IMG/VR virus record: IMGVR_UViG_3300020595_003017
Coordinates: 126,529 to 190,528 of that record
DNA length: 64,000 nt
Direction: 5' to 3' (one strand)
DNA from: a virus
In this document: piece by piece, positions 1 through 9,635 of the stretch
How positions within the stretch are numbered: the stretch's first letter is position 1
Layout of the letters: the number at the start of each line of letters is the position of its first letter
Notes under the pieces: model-generated
Told to the model about the DNA's origin: nothing
The model's database searches: none
Seen by the model: only the letters and a program-made list of their open reading frames with translations
Made by a program: the position numbers and the translations under genes

Positions 1-1
1 A

Positions 2-199
2 GTTAAGTTAATGGGTGGTGGTCGTGATAAAGATTATGGGTACCTTGGGTTCTCTCACTGGGCTGAAGATGATAAAAAAACTATGGCTAATTTTAGTAAC
101 ATTGCAAGTTACTGGCCAATTGACGAAGCGGAATTGGAGAAAGTAGTTGACACTTTCCTGTTTGATGGAAAACCAAGCTACCTTAATTTAAAAAGATGA
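2..199 (+). CDS. 3' end of a transketolase-like (TPP-dependent, pyrimidine-binding domain) protein; 5' partial
   Basis: The frame is open from base 2: VKLMGGGRDKDYGYLGFSHWAEDD...GKPSYLNLKR, matching the transketolase central-domain pattern (VKLVG.G..YG.LG.THHA.ED ... GP.YIRL.R). Stop overlaps the next ATG (ATGA). Confidence 0.6.
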   Translation, partial: VKLMGGGRDKDYGYLGFSHWAEDDKKTMANFSNIASYWPIDEAELEKVVDTFLFDGKPSYLNLKR

Positions 200-1044
200 G
201 CAAAATATTAGTTACGGGAGCATCAGGTTTCCTTGGTAAATCTGTAAGTGAGTATTTTTCTAACAAAGGTCATGAAGTTTTTTCCTTGACAAGGCAAGAT
301 CTTGATGTTACTAATAAGGGACAAGTCACTGACTGGTTTAGACAAAACAAAGTTGACTTCGTAATTCACACGGCTGTAAAAGGTGGTCGTAGAGGTAACT
401 ATGATAGCTTCTCTGACTATGTGGCAAATATAAAAATGTTTGAAAATTTATTTGAAAATAAACACAGATTTTCAATGATGATTCATTTTGCTTCCGGTGC
501 TGAGTTTGATAGAAAAAATCATATAAACTGTTTCAAGGAAGATCGAATATTTGATTCTATGCCAGAGGATTTTTACGGACTATCAAAAAATATGATAGCC
601 AGAAAAATTATAAAACATAAAACTAATATTTATAACTTTAGACTTTTTGGTTGCTTTGGCAAAGACGAAGAAGAAAACAGGCTACTTAAGATTTTATCGA
701 AAGGTATAGAGGAACAGTCAGAAACTTTTATCGAAGGTAGAAAAACCATGGATTTTTTCTATGATAAGGATGTCTGTAGGGCAATTGAATATTATATGGA
801 TAACTACAAGAAAAACAATTTACCCAGAGACATTAATTTGGTTTATGAGGAAAAGTTAACTATCAAAGAAATATCAGATTATCTTGAGGAAGTTATGGGC
901 AAGCCTAACAAAAATTTAAAACTAAACGAAATTACCACTAACGGATATACTGGTGACTGGAAGCTGTGTACTAAGACGTTTCCCGACAACCTCTTTTCAG
1001 GGTTGAGGGAAGCTATATCTGAAATTTATTCGATGGAGAAGTAA
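196..1044 (+). CDS. NAD-dependent epimerase/dehydratase (extended SDR)
   Basis: N-terminal ILVTGASGFLG Rossmann motif and YxxxK (YGLSK); 282 aa. Confidence 0.85.
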   Translation: MSKILVTGASGFLGKSVSEYFSNKGHEVFSLTRQDLDVTNKGQVTDWFRQNKVDFVIHTAVKGGRRGNYDSFSDYVANIKMFENLFENKHRFSMMIHFASGAEFDRKNHINCFKEDRIFDSMPEDFYGLSKNMIARKIIKHKTNIYNFRLFGCFGKDEEENRLLKILSKGIEEQSETFIEGRKTMDFFYDKDVCRAIEYYMDNYKKNNLPRDINLVYEEKLTIKEISDYLEEVMGKPNKNLKLNEITTNGYTGDWKLCTKTFPDNLFSGLREAISEIYSMEK

Positions 1045-1047
1045 AAA

Positions 1048-2424
1048 GTGTCAAACGATAAAGTAGATCAGATTCTTGAGTTAGTAACTGAGTACATCAA
1101 CGAAAGAAGAGAAAATGATAAATGGGTTAAAGGAGAGGACTGGGTAAATTATTCGGGACCTTATTATAGTTCTGATGAATATACTTCGGCTATTAAGATT
1201 TTATTGAGCGAATGGTTGATTTTTGGCAAACAAGGCAGGCACTTTGAGAATGTTTTCCCTCAGCACCTTGGTCAGAAGTATGGCGTACTAACAAACTCAG
1301 GCAGTTCCGCTAATCTTTTGATGGCGAATGTGTTTAAGAGTAAGTCGATGGCCATGAGAAAGTACCACATGCCACCTGGGTCTAAGTTTATAACACCAGT
1401 TGTGTGCTTTCCAACTACTATTAACCCACTCATACAGGCTGGATATGAACCAGTGTTTGTTGATGTAGATCTTCCTAGTATGAATCTTAATCTTGATGAA
1501 GTTGAGGCTGAACTTGAAAAAGACCCTAATATTAGAGCGATAACTTTTGCTCATGTTTTAGGTAATCCACCTGATATGGATCGGGTAATGTCGCTGGTTG
1601 AGAAGTATAAGCTTAATTTTTTAGAGGATAGCTGCGATGCACTGGGATCATTTTATGATGGTAAAAAGTTAGGATCCTTTGGTCTGATATCGACTTGTTC
1701 TTTTTTTCCGGCACACCACATGACAACAGGTGAAGGTGGCTTTGCAGCGACCTCAAATCTCAGGGTCAGAAAAGTTTTAGCTAGTATTAGAGATTGGGGT
1801 CGTGCTTGTTACTGTAATGAAAGAAAGCCAGGGGATGTTACTTCTGGAACCGCCTGTGGCGATAGATTCCAAGAGTGGTTGAGTGATGGGAAAAACAAAA
1901 TTTGCTATGATCACAGGTATGTATTTGATGAGATTGGCTTCAACACCAAGCCGTTAGATCTTCAAGCAGCCATGGGACTACATCAGCTTGATAAATTACC
2001 TGAAATGGACGCTGCTCGTAGAAAGAACTTTAAACGGATGGAAGAATCTTTTTCGAAATATGAAGATTTTTTTATGCTGCCAAAAGCAACAAAAAAAGCA
2101 GACCCATGCTGGTTTGGATATGCGCTAACGGTAAAAGACAACGATGTTTTTGAGAAACAAGAACTTGTATCTCACTTCGAAGAAAATAAAGTTCAAACAA
2201 GATCCTATTTTACGGGTAATTGTCTCTATCATCCAGCGTATAGGGAGTATGCAGAAAAGTATGGCAAAGATTATGGCGATCTTGTTACAAGGTTCCCGAA
2301 CGCTGATGTTGTTACAAAGAACACTTTTTTCTTGGGAACATATATCGGACTCACTGAAGAAAAGCTTGCTTATATCGAGGAAGTTTTGGATGACTTTTTT
2401 AAGGATCGTGGTATAGAGAGATGA
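1048..2424 (+). CDS. rfbH: CDP-4-keto-6-deoxyglucose 3-dehydrase (E1, RfbH/DdhC-like)
   Basis: DegT fold with SFFPAHHMTTGEGG (His in place of the aminotransferase Lys), DWGRACYC and YDHRY typical of E1. GTG start. Confidence 0.85.
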   Translation: MSNDKVDQILELVTEYINERRENDKWVKGEDWVNYSGPYYSSDEYTSAIKILLSEWLIFGKQGRHFENVFPQHLGQKYGVLTNSGSSANLLMANVFKSKSMAMRKYHMPPGSKFITPVVCFPTTINPLIQAGYEPVFVDVDLPSMNLNLDEVEAELEKDPNIRAITFAHVLGNPPDMDRVMSLVEKYKLNFLEDSCDALGSFYDGKKLGSFGLISTCSFFPAHHMTTGEGGFAATSNLRVRKVLASIRDWGRACYCNERKPGDVTSGTACGDRFQEWLSDGKNKICYDHRYVFDEIGFNTKPLDLQAAMGLHQLDKLPEMDAARRKNFKRMEESFSKYEDFFMLPKATKKADPCWFGYALTVKDNDVFEKQELVSHFEENKVQTRSYFTGNCLYHPAYREYAEKYGKDYGDLVTRFPNADVVTKNTFFLGTYIGLTEEKLAYIEEVLDDFFKDRGIER

Positions 2425-3371
2425 AAATACTCTATGTTACAGGGTGCCTAGGTTTTATTCCATCTTATTTTGTTAAAAAAGCACTAGACAAAGGTTGGAT
2501 GGTCTTTGGCGTTGATAAGTTAACGTATGCCGCAAATACTAAGATTTTAAAAGAATTTCAAAAGTATGAAAACTTTAGATTTGAGCAAGTTGATATCAAA
2601 GATATGAACCTGTTGTATGATTGTGACTACGTTGTTAATTTTGCTGCTGAGTCACACGTTGGAAACAGTATTATTGATAGTGATGAATTTATAAATACGA
2701 ATATCTTAGGGACAAAAAATTTACTTGATTTAGTGAGAAACAAACCTAAGAATTGTGGCAACCGCCCTGTTTTCTTACACATAAGTACAGACGAAGTTTA
2801 TGGGGATATAATAGAGGGTAGTCATACAGAAAAAGATTTGTTACACCCTAGTAATCCATATTCAGCGGCGAAAGCGTCGGCTGACATGTTAGTGTTGGCT
2901 TGGTCTAGAACATATGGTATTGAGTATATGATAGCAAGGCCTACAAACAATTATGGGATCAGACAATATCCAGAAAAATTAATACCCCTCTGTGTAAAGA
3001 ATCTTTTAAGGGGTAGAAAAATAAGGCTTCATAATAATGGCACTCCCACAAGAAATTGGTTACATGCTGATGATACAGCGAATGCAATATTAACTCTTAT
3101 AGAAAAGGGTAAAACGAATGAAATATACAATATTGCTGGTGACTTTGAGCAACAGAACAAAGAGACAGTTCGTAAAATAATTAAAGCTTTTCACAAAACT
3201 GATGAGAACTGGGAAAAGTATGTTGATTATTCTTATTCTAGGGTTGGTCAAGATCTAAGGTACGCTCTTGATGACTCTAAAATTAAAGACCTTGGATGGA
3301 GTCCAGAGAAAAACTTTGACGAAGAAATAGACAGTATAACAAATTGGTACAAAGATAATTTCATATGGTAA
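2421..3371 (+). CDS. rmlB: dTDP-glucose 4,6-dehydratase
   Basis: NFAAESHV, HISTDEVYG, PSNPYSAAKA, NNYGIRQYPEKLIP, GQDLRYALD motifs. Confidence 0.85.
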   Translation: MKILYVTGCLGFIPSYFVKKALDKGWMVFGVDKLTYAANTKILKEFQKYENFRFEQVDIKDMNLLYDCDYVVNFAAESHVGNSIIDSDEFINTNILGTKNLLDLVRNKPKNCGNRPVFLHISTDEVYGDIIEGSHTEKDLLHPSNPYSAAKASADMLVLAWSRTYGIEYMIARPTNNYGIRQYPEKLIPLCVKNLLRGRKIRLHNNGTPTRNWLHADDTANAILTLIEKGKTNEIYNIAGDFEQQNKETVRKIIKAFHKTDENWEKYVDYSYSRVGQDLRYALDDSKIKDLGWSPEKNFDEEIDSITNWYKDNFIW

Positions 3372-4246
3372 AAAAAGAGCTAATAAACAGGTTCGATATA
3401 ACTGCTTTACAGGATAGTTTCAGCGAGTCTGCCATGGCCGCAGCTTGTCCAAAAGAATTTTGGAGAAAACCAACTTATGTTGAGTATACTAGAAATCAAA
3501 ACCCTTTTAGTGGAATAACAATCTTCACAGACAAACAATTACATCTAGCACCAGAAGTTGATTCAACTTACAAGGTTGCAATCATACAAGAGCCAAGAGA
3601 ATTGTTACCATGGGCTTATGATGTTATAGTTCAGTTTGAAGATCATTATGATTTAATTCTAACGTTTGACATTGACCTAATCAAAAGAGGTAAAAATTAC
3701 GTTTTTTGTCCTGGAGACACCGCTGCTATTAGGACCGAGGGTTGCAAGGTTCATAAAAAAAGTAAACTTATATCTTTTCCGTATTCTTTAAAGACACAAC
3801 TTTTTGGACATAAGCTAAGACACATCATAGCTAAGAGTATTATCCCTAATTTGGACCTATCCTATAATATCGATTATTTTGGCGCTGGTGTTGGAAACTT
3901 TGTTGATGATAAGTTAGAAACTTTACAGGATTATATGTTTCAGATTGCGACTGAAAATGTTCAAAAAGAGTTTTATTTCACTGACAAAATTTTAGACTGT
4001 GCTATAACCGGCACCGTACCGATTTACTGGGGTCCAAAAAATATCGGAAACTTTTTCAACCCAAAGGGTATACTTCAATTTGACCACCCAGAAGAATTAA
4101 AAAAAATACTTAAAAACTTAGACAAACAAGATTATTATGATATGCTCCCGTATGTAAAAGAAAACTATGAGGCAGCAAAATATTACATGATCCAAGACGA
4201 CTTTTTTTACGATATTATAAAGAGAGGATTGAAAGACAATGGTTAA
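3365..4246 (+). CDS. Glycosyltransferase family 10-like (fucosyltransferase-type) protein
   Basis: C-terminal DYMFQIATENVQKEFYFTDKILDCAITGTVPIYWG resembles the GT10 alpha-1,3-fucosyltransferase motif (YKF.LA.ENS...Y.TEK...A...G.VPIYWG). Confidence 0.65.
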   Translation: MVKKELINRFDITALQDSFSESAMAAACPKEFWRKPTYVEYTRNQNPFSGITIFTDKQLHLAPEVDSTYKVAIIQEPRELLPWAYDVIVQFEDHYDLILTFDIDLIKRGKNYVFCPGDTAAIRTEGCKVHKKSKLISFPYSLKTQLFGHKLRHIIAKSIIPNLDLSYNIDYFGAGVGNFVDDKLETLQDYMFQIATENVQKEFYFTDKILDCAITGTVPIYWGPKNIGNFFNPKGILQFDHPEELKKILKNLDKQDYYDMLPYVKENYEAAKYYMIQDDFFYDIIKRGLKDNG

Positions 4247-4907
4247 AGTATTAGAGTATGATACAGAAAGATATACATTTGCCAAAGAAGTAAGAAAGAT
4301 ATTCAATGTAACAGATTTAACTAAACTGCACAAGCATCGTAACGAAATGTACCCTGATTATGAGCTTGGGTTTCACAATGAAGTTAAAACTGATTATCAT
4401 AAAGAATTTTATTCTGTTCTAAATGATGATTCTAAAAATCTTGAGCTTAAAAAAGCGTATGAACGTTTTATAAAAGAAATAGTATCTCCTTATTTTAAAG
4501 AGTCTTTTTGTTATCAGGCCTTCCCATCATTTAGAGTTCATTTACCACACAAGAAGGCTGTTCATGAGTGGCATTTTGATAGCGATAAAAACCACATGCA
4601 CCCTGAGTGGGAAATTAATTTTCAGATAGCTTTAACAAATTCAAGAGATACTCAGGCGATGTGGATAGAAAGTGTTCCTGGACTTAGGGACTTCTTTCCA
4701 CTAAGTCTTAAACAGAATCAATTTGTTATTTTTAATGGTAACAAGTGTATGCATGGCAATAAACCAAATGAAACAGACGATACTAGAGTAAGTATGGACT
4801 TTAGAGTTCTCCCATTCAGTAAGTACAACCCAGAAAAATCTAAATCTTCGGCGGAAAAAGGCACTCAGTTTGTTGTTGGTAGTTATTACAGATTATTTGA
4901 AAAGTGA
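4239..4907 (+). CDS. StrG-like / 2OG-Fe(II) oxygenase-fold protein
   Basis: HxD (WHFD), distal His (MHGNKPN) and RVSMDFR strand of a double-stranded beta-helix oxygenase; PSFRVHLP and EINFQIALT resemble StrG-like proteins. Confidence 0.55.
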   Translation: MVKVLEYDTERYTFAKEVRKIFNVTDLTKLHKHRNEMYPDYELGFHNEVKTDYHKEFYSVLNDDSKNLELKKAYERFIKEIVSPYFKESFCYQAFPSFRVHLPHKKAVHEWHFDSDKNHMHPEWEINFQIALTNSRDTQAMWIESVPGLRDFFPLSLKQNQFVIFNGNKCMHGNKPNETDDTRVSMDFRVLPFSKYNPEKSKSSAEKGTQFVVGSYYRLFEK

Positions 4908-4914
4908 GGTGTGA

Positions 4915-5571
4915 ATGTTTGAGCCAATAAGTAGCGTTATTCCATTACTAGAAGATCAGGGCTACAAAGTCAACGACCCATGGGATATTGTTGACATTTT
5001 TGAAAAGAAGCTAGCTAAATTTGCTGGCAGTAAGTATGCGGTATCTGTTGATAATTGCACAGACGGAATGTTTCTTTGTTTAAAATATCTAGATTTTCAA
5101 GGGGAAATTACTATTCCTAGTAAGACATGGTTATCTGTTCCTGGGATGATAAAACATGCAGGATGTACTGTTAAATTTGAAGACTTTGAGTGGTCTGGTA
5201 TATATCAGTTAAAACCAACACCAGTCTATGATGGTGCAACTAGGTTTACAAAAGGTATGTATGTACCAGGAGCTTATCAGTGTGTTTCTTTTCATCACAG
5301 AAAGATATTGAAAATTGGAAAAGGGGGTATGATCTTTACTGACAATAAAGATGCTTACGAATGGTTTAAGATAGCTCGATATGAAGGTAGAAATCTCAAG
5401 GTGCCTTACGAACAAGACGATCACAAGGTGCTGGGATGGAACATGTACATGACTCCTGAGCAGGCAGCAAGAGGAATTATTTTATTTGAAGATATTAGTT
5501 TAGAAAATAAAGATACTGGTGGCAACTGGGCTTATAAAGATCTTTCTGAGTACGAGATTTTCACAAAATAG
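4915..5571 (+). CDS. Short DegT/DnrJ/EryC1/StrS-family PLP-dependent aminotransferase-like protein
   Basis: FEKKLAKFAGSKYAVSVDNCTDG and VSFHHRKILKIGKGGMI (Lys retained); only 218 aa. Confidence 0.7.
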   Translation: MFEPISSVIPLLEDQGYKVNDPWDIVDIFEKKLAKFAGSKYAVSVDNCTDGMFLCLKYLDFQGEITIPSKTWLSVPGMIKHAGCTVKFEDFEWSGIYQLKPTPVYDGATRFTKGMYVPGAYQCVSFHHRKILKIGKGGMIFTDNKDAYEWFKIARYEGRNLKVPYEQDDHKVLGWNMYMTPEQAARGIILFEDISLENKDTGGNWAYKDLSEYEIFTK

Positions 5572-5588
5572 AATAATTTCTGTATAAT
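5560..5588 (+). promoter_or_regulatory. Putative sigma70-type promoter
   Basis: TTCACA (5560-5565), 17 nt, TATAAT (5583-5588), upstream of the radical SAM gene. Confidence 0.45.
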
Positions 5589-5618
5589 TACGTTATAGGA
5601 AAAGTCTGGGAGTAAAAA

Positions 5619-7601
5619 TTGAAAAACGTCTACTTGTTTGAAATAAACGATATTATAGCAAATCAGATGAAACTTCCCTATAGTACGGGTCTTATTTGGT
5701 CTTATTGTATATTGGACGAGGTGATAACAAATAATTACAACCTTGATGGCTGGTTTTATTACCGACAAGATATGGATGAAATTGTAGATAAAATTGAAAA
5801 CCCTTCGGTCATAGGTTTCAGTTGTTTTGTGTGGAATTGGAAATTTAACAGAGACATTTCAAAAAAGATTAAAGAGAAGTGGCCAGATTGTAAGATAGTT
5901 TTTGGAGGTTGGTATCCTCCGATCCAAGACCGTAGTCAAGGATTTTTCCAAGACAATCCTTATGTTGATATTATTGTTCACGGTGAGGGCGAGTTTACCT
6001 TCAAGGACATACTTTTAGAAAATTTAAAACCAAAAGAGGAACAAGATTGGACTTCGGTAGCTGGTTGCTCCGTTCCTCTCGAAGACTTAACAACCTTCGT
6101 TACCCCTAGCAGAGATCGAATCCCGGACATAAATGGTATGCCAACCCCTTATCTAAATGGGTTGTTTGACGAAATAGCAAAAGATTGTCCCTATGTTTTA
6201 GAGGCTACTTTAGAGACAACAAGAGGGTGCCCTTACCAGTGTACTTTTTGTGAAATTGGAACAAAATATTATCAAAGAGTTAAGTGGCAAGATTTAGAAA
6301 AGGTCTATAAAGAAATTGACTGGATGTCTGATAATAAGGTTGCCTTTGTTTATAATGCTGATTCAAACTTTGGCTTACTTCCAAACCACCTAGAGGTAAC
6401 AAAGTATTTTGTCAAAAAGAAAGAAGAAACAGGATTCCCAGACAAGCACAGATGCGACTGGGCTAAAAATAAAGCAGATAAAGTTTTAGAACTTGCTAAA
6501 CTTTTTACTGATTCTGGAATGGACAAGGGAATTACGGTTGCGTTACAGTCCAGAAATCCTGAAACTCTCAAGGCTGTGAAGAGAAGAAACCTGGACGATG
6601 GTAAACTTGGCGAGTTTCTTAAGATGTATAACGAGGCAAAAGTCCCCGCCTATGTTGAACTGATTTTAGGACTTCCAGAAGAAACTCTTGAAACATTTAT
6701 TCAGGGGATATCTGACGTTATTGAATTAGACCAACACAATTACATTGGTATTTATGCTATGACAGCTTTACCTAATACACCCTTTGGGAAGCAGTCTTAT
6801 ATAGATGAATATGAACTTGAAATAATTAGTACTTTTCAAGCTTTTAATCATTATGATATATCAGGTGATAATGAACTTGAAAGAGAAAAGATGGTTGTTG
6901 GTCATAAAAAACTAACATTTGAAGATTACAAAAACATGCATTATTTTAGATGGGTTGTCATGTCCGGACATTATCTAGGGCTAACACAATTTATCAGTAG
7001 GTTTTTAAGGTCTGAGCATAATGTTTCTTATAAAGACTTTTATGAAAATCTCCTTAAATACTGTTATGATAATCCACATAGTTTTCTAGGAAACGAATTA
7101 AGGCAAACAATAGTTAATTTAGAGGGTTCTTTGGGGGCTACTCAACCATGGGGAAGAATCATTGATGAAGTTAGAGAAAACTTTGGCTGGGATTTTGAAG
7201 AGGCCACAGCGATAAATGTTTGCTTACATAAAGAAAAGTATTATCTAGAAATACTAGACTTTATGAATAGGTATCTCAAAGTAGAGATGCAACAAGATGT
7301 TATGGATGAATTAATGATTTATCAAAAAGTTGGTGTTCTTGATCCAACCTTAACTTATCCAATGAGAAAATCTTTCAAATATAACATTCATGACGTTATT
7401 ACTAAAAAATCAAAACTTAGAAAATATAAAAACGAAATTGAATTCAACGCCAAAAACTATAACGGTGATCTGTATGAGTGGGGAAAAGAGACACTATGGT
7501 GGGGTCGTCGTGTTGGTGCGTGTAAAACAAAAAGAACAAAGGTAACGAAAAAATATAAAACAACCGATGCTCTCAATCCGCTAAGTGGGTTCAAGAGGTA
7601 A
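5619..7601 (+). CDS. Cobalamin (B12)-binding radical SAM protein
   Basis: N-terminal B12-binding region (VIGFSCFVWN, IVFGG, DIIVHGEGE) and CxxxCxxC (RGCPYQCTFC); ELILGLPEET. TTG start; 660 aa. Confidence 0.85.
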   Translation: MKNVYLFEINDIIANQMKLPYSTGLIWSYCILDEVITNNYNLDGWFYYRQDMDEIVDKIENPSVIGFSCFVWNWKFNRDISKKIKEKWPDCKIVFGGWYPPIQDRSQGFFQDNPYVDIIVHGEGEFTFKDILLENLKPKEEQDWTSVAGCSVPLEDLTTFVTPSRDRIPDINGMPTPYLNGLFDEIAKDCPYVLEATLETTRGCPYQCTFCEIGTKYYQRVKWQDLEKVYKEIDWMSDNKVAFVYNADSNFGLLPNHLEVTKYFVKKKEETGFPDKHRCDWAKNKADKVLELAKLFTDSGMDKGITVALQSRNPETLKAVKRRNLDDGKLGEFLKMYNEAKVPAYVELILGLPEETLETFIQGISDVIELDQHNYIGIYAMTALPNTPFGKQSYIDEYELEIISTFQAFNHYDISGDNELEREKMVVGHKKLTFEDYKNMHYFRWVVMSGHYLGLTQFISRFLRSEHNVSYKDFYENLLKYCYDNPHSFLGNELRQTIVNLEGSLGATQPWGRIIDEVRENFGWDFEEATAINVCLHKEKYYLEILDFMNRYLKVEMQQDVMDELMIYQKVGVLDPTLTYPMRKSFKYNIHDVITKKSKLRKYKNEIEFNAKNYNGDLYEWGKETLWWGRRVGACKTKRTKVTKKYKTTDALNPLSGFKR

Positions 7602-7604
7602 TGA

Positions 7605-8039
7605 ATGGCAGGATTTAAATGGACATGGGAAACAGCACCACAATCCCCAGGCGCTGGCATTGTTGTAGTTCAGAATTTTGATAAGGAATATAAAGTTCTA
7701 GGTTTGTGGGCTCGTGGTGGCTATGATATTCCAAAAGGACATGTTGAAAGTGGCGAGGGATTTCTTGAGACCGCCATAAGGGAAACAGAAGAAGAATCAA
7801 GTATCACCGACTTAGATTTTAAATGGGGAAAAAGACCGATTATAGTAGATCAGCTTAAGGTATATCTAGCTGAAACAAGTCAACCTGGAAAAGTGGTGGC
7901 TAATGAACATTCGGGGATATTAGAACATGAATACTTGAAATGGATGGAATGGGAAGAGATGTATGAAAAAACTTATGATTACTTGAAGCCCGCTATTTTA
8001 TGGGCCAAAGAAAGCGTGGAAAAAGATGAAAGCAAATAA
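7605..8039 (+). CDS. Nudix hydrolase (Ap4A hydrolase-like)
   Basis: Nudix box PKGHVESGEGFLETAIRETEEES. Confidence 0.85.
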   Translation: MAGFKWTWETAPQSPGAGIVVVQNFDKEYKVLGLWARGGYDIPKGHVESGEGFLETAIRETEEESSITDLDFKWGKRPIIVDQLKVYLAETSQPGKVVANEHSGILEHEYLKWMEWEEMYEKTYDYLKPAILWAKESVEKDESK

Positions 8040-8895
8040 ATTAAAGCTAGCAGATATTATCGATAAACACAAAGGGACTGCTGCTGTTATTTGTGGTCAC
8101 GGTCCTAGTCTTAATGAGGATAAAGAGCGAATAGAGGAGTTGCAGAATAATAATGAGATCATAAGATTTTCTGTAAACAATTGGTATGATTATTTTAAAA
8201 TTGCGCCTGATTATTGGGTGATTTCTAATTCGCAGTTTTCTTTCCCTGTAATGCACGAAATAATGAATAAGTACAAGTCACCAGTTCTTTATTCGACTGA
8301 CGGTGATTTTTCAAGTGATGAATATATTCAATCTATCTTGCAATGTGATTACTTACCATATGATCAAAGACATTTCAAAGGCCACAATTGTGTTAAAATA
8401 CTTAAGTCTTTTAAAGACTATCAAGTGAAAAATAAAAACTTTGATTATAAAGAGTATGGCAACAATAGTGCCATGTGGCATCCACCTCGTATCGGTTATC
8501 CTGATGGCTGGGCAGGTTTTGACCTGCATGGCAGGTGTTGTAAAATGATTGATAGGACACAACTAACAATACAAGAAGAGCTACAAAAACAAACAGGACT
8601 TGATAGACATTATAGCACTGGGGACACAGTTGCGCTACATGCGATCGCTTTTGCTATTCTTATGGGATGTAGTCCAATATATTTGTCTGGTGTTGATTTA
8701 AGTTATAGGTTGGGATATGCAAGAAAAGATATCGCACTTCACCAAGATCATTTTACCCTTTGGGAAGACAATCACAAAAATCTCATATCTGACTTGACAA
8801 TTTTGCTTGACAGTGCTAACAATAAAGATATAAAAATTATGAACTTAAACAAGCAAACTTGGTTTGATTTATTTCCAATTTCTGAATTACCTTAA
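8026..8895 (+). CDS. DUF115 / Maf-like (sialyltransferase-like fold) protein
   Basis: ICGHGPSLN and STGDTVALHAIAFAILMGCSPIYLSGVDLSY motifs typical of DUF115/MptE-like/Maf proteins; directly upstream of neuA-neuB. Confidence 0.55.
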   Translation: MKANKLKLADIIDKHKGTAAVICGHGPSLNEDKERIEELQNNNEIIRFSVNNWYDYFKIAPDYWVISNSQFSFPVMHEIMNKYKSPVLYSTDGDFSSDEYIQSILQCDYLPYDQRHFKGHNCVKILKSFKDYQVKNKNFDYKEYGNNSAMWHPPRIGYPDGWAGFDLHGRCCKMIDRTQLTIQEELQKQTGLDRHYSTGDTVALHAIAFAILMGCSPIYLSGVDLSYRLGYARKDIALHQDHFTLWEDNHKNLISDLTILLDSANNKDIKIMNLNKQTWFDLFPISELP

Positions 8896-8957
8896 ATTTT
8901 TACTAAACATTTTTTCGATCAAGATATACAATCACTATTAGAGGGTCGTGAATACCT

Positions 8958-9635
8958 ATGAAAAAGTGTGTGGTTATCTTAGCAAGAGGTGGTAGCAAAA
9001 GCATACCAAGGAAAAACCTAGTTAAGATAAACGGTCAAGCTCTATTGTCATATCCTATAAAAGCAGCCTTTGCCGCTGGTATTGATGATGTTTGGGTATC
9101 TTCTGAGGACGAAGAAATTAAATCTTTAGCAAAAACTTTAGGTGCCAAAGTACATAACCGACCTTATTGGTTGGCTGGGGATCTCACAACGGATTTTGAA
9201 TGTTTTCAGGATTTCTTATCTGATCATAATCAATATGATTATGTTATTCACTTGAGAGCGACGTCTCCACAAATAAATGCTAAAATAATCCAAGAAGCAG
9301 TAACCAAGTTTGAAAATAATTACGAGATTGTTGATTCCCTTAGGTCTGTCACAAGGATGGAAAAATCTCCGTTCAAGTCTTGGTTTATGGAAAAGCAAGG
9401 ATTTTTGACGCCGGTTATACCTGATAATGATTTACATTCCTCGCCGAGACAGGTATTAAGAACTAGCTTTTATCAAAATGCTTGCATTGATATAATTAAA
9501 GCCGATACAATTACTAAAAAAAGTAGTATCATAGGTGAGCGGTGTATTCCATATCTTATGGAAGATGACTATAATATAGACATTGACACCGAACAAGATT
9601 TAACTCAAGCAAAGAATATATTTAAGGATCAATAA
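8958..9635 (+). CDS. neuA: Acylneuraminate cytidylyltransferase (CMP-nonulosonic acid synthetase)
   Basis: ILARGGSKSIPRKNL, LRATSP, YQNACIDI, IDIDTEQD motifs. Confidence 0.85.
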   Translation: MKKCVVILARGGSKSIPRKNLVKINGQALLSYPIKAAFAAGIDDVWVSSEDEEIKSLAKTLGAKVHNRPYWLAGDLTTDFECFQDFLSDHNQYDYVIHLRATSPQINAKIIQEAVTKFENNYEIVDSLRSVTRMEKSPFKSWFMEKQGFLTPVIPDNDLHSSPRQVLRTSFYQNACIDIIKADTITKKSSIIGERCIPYLMEDDYNIDIDTEQDLTQAKNIFKDQ

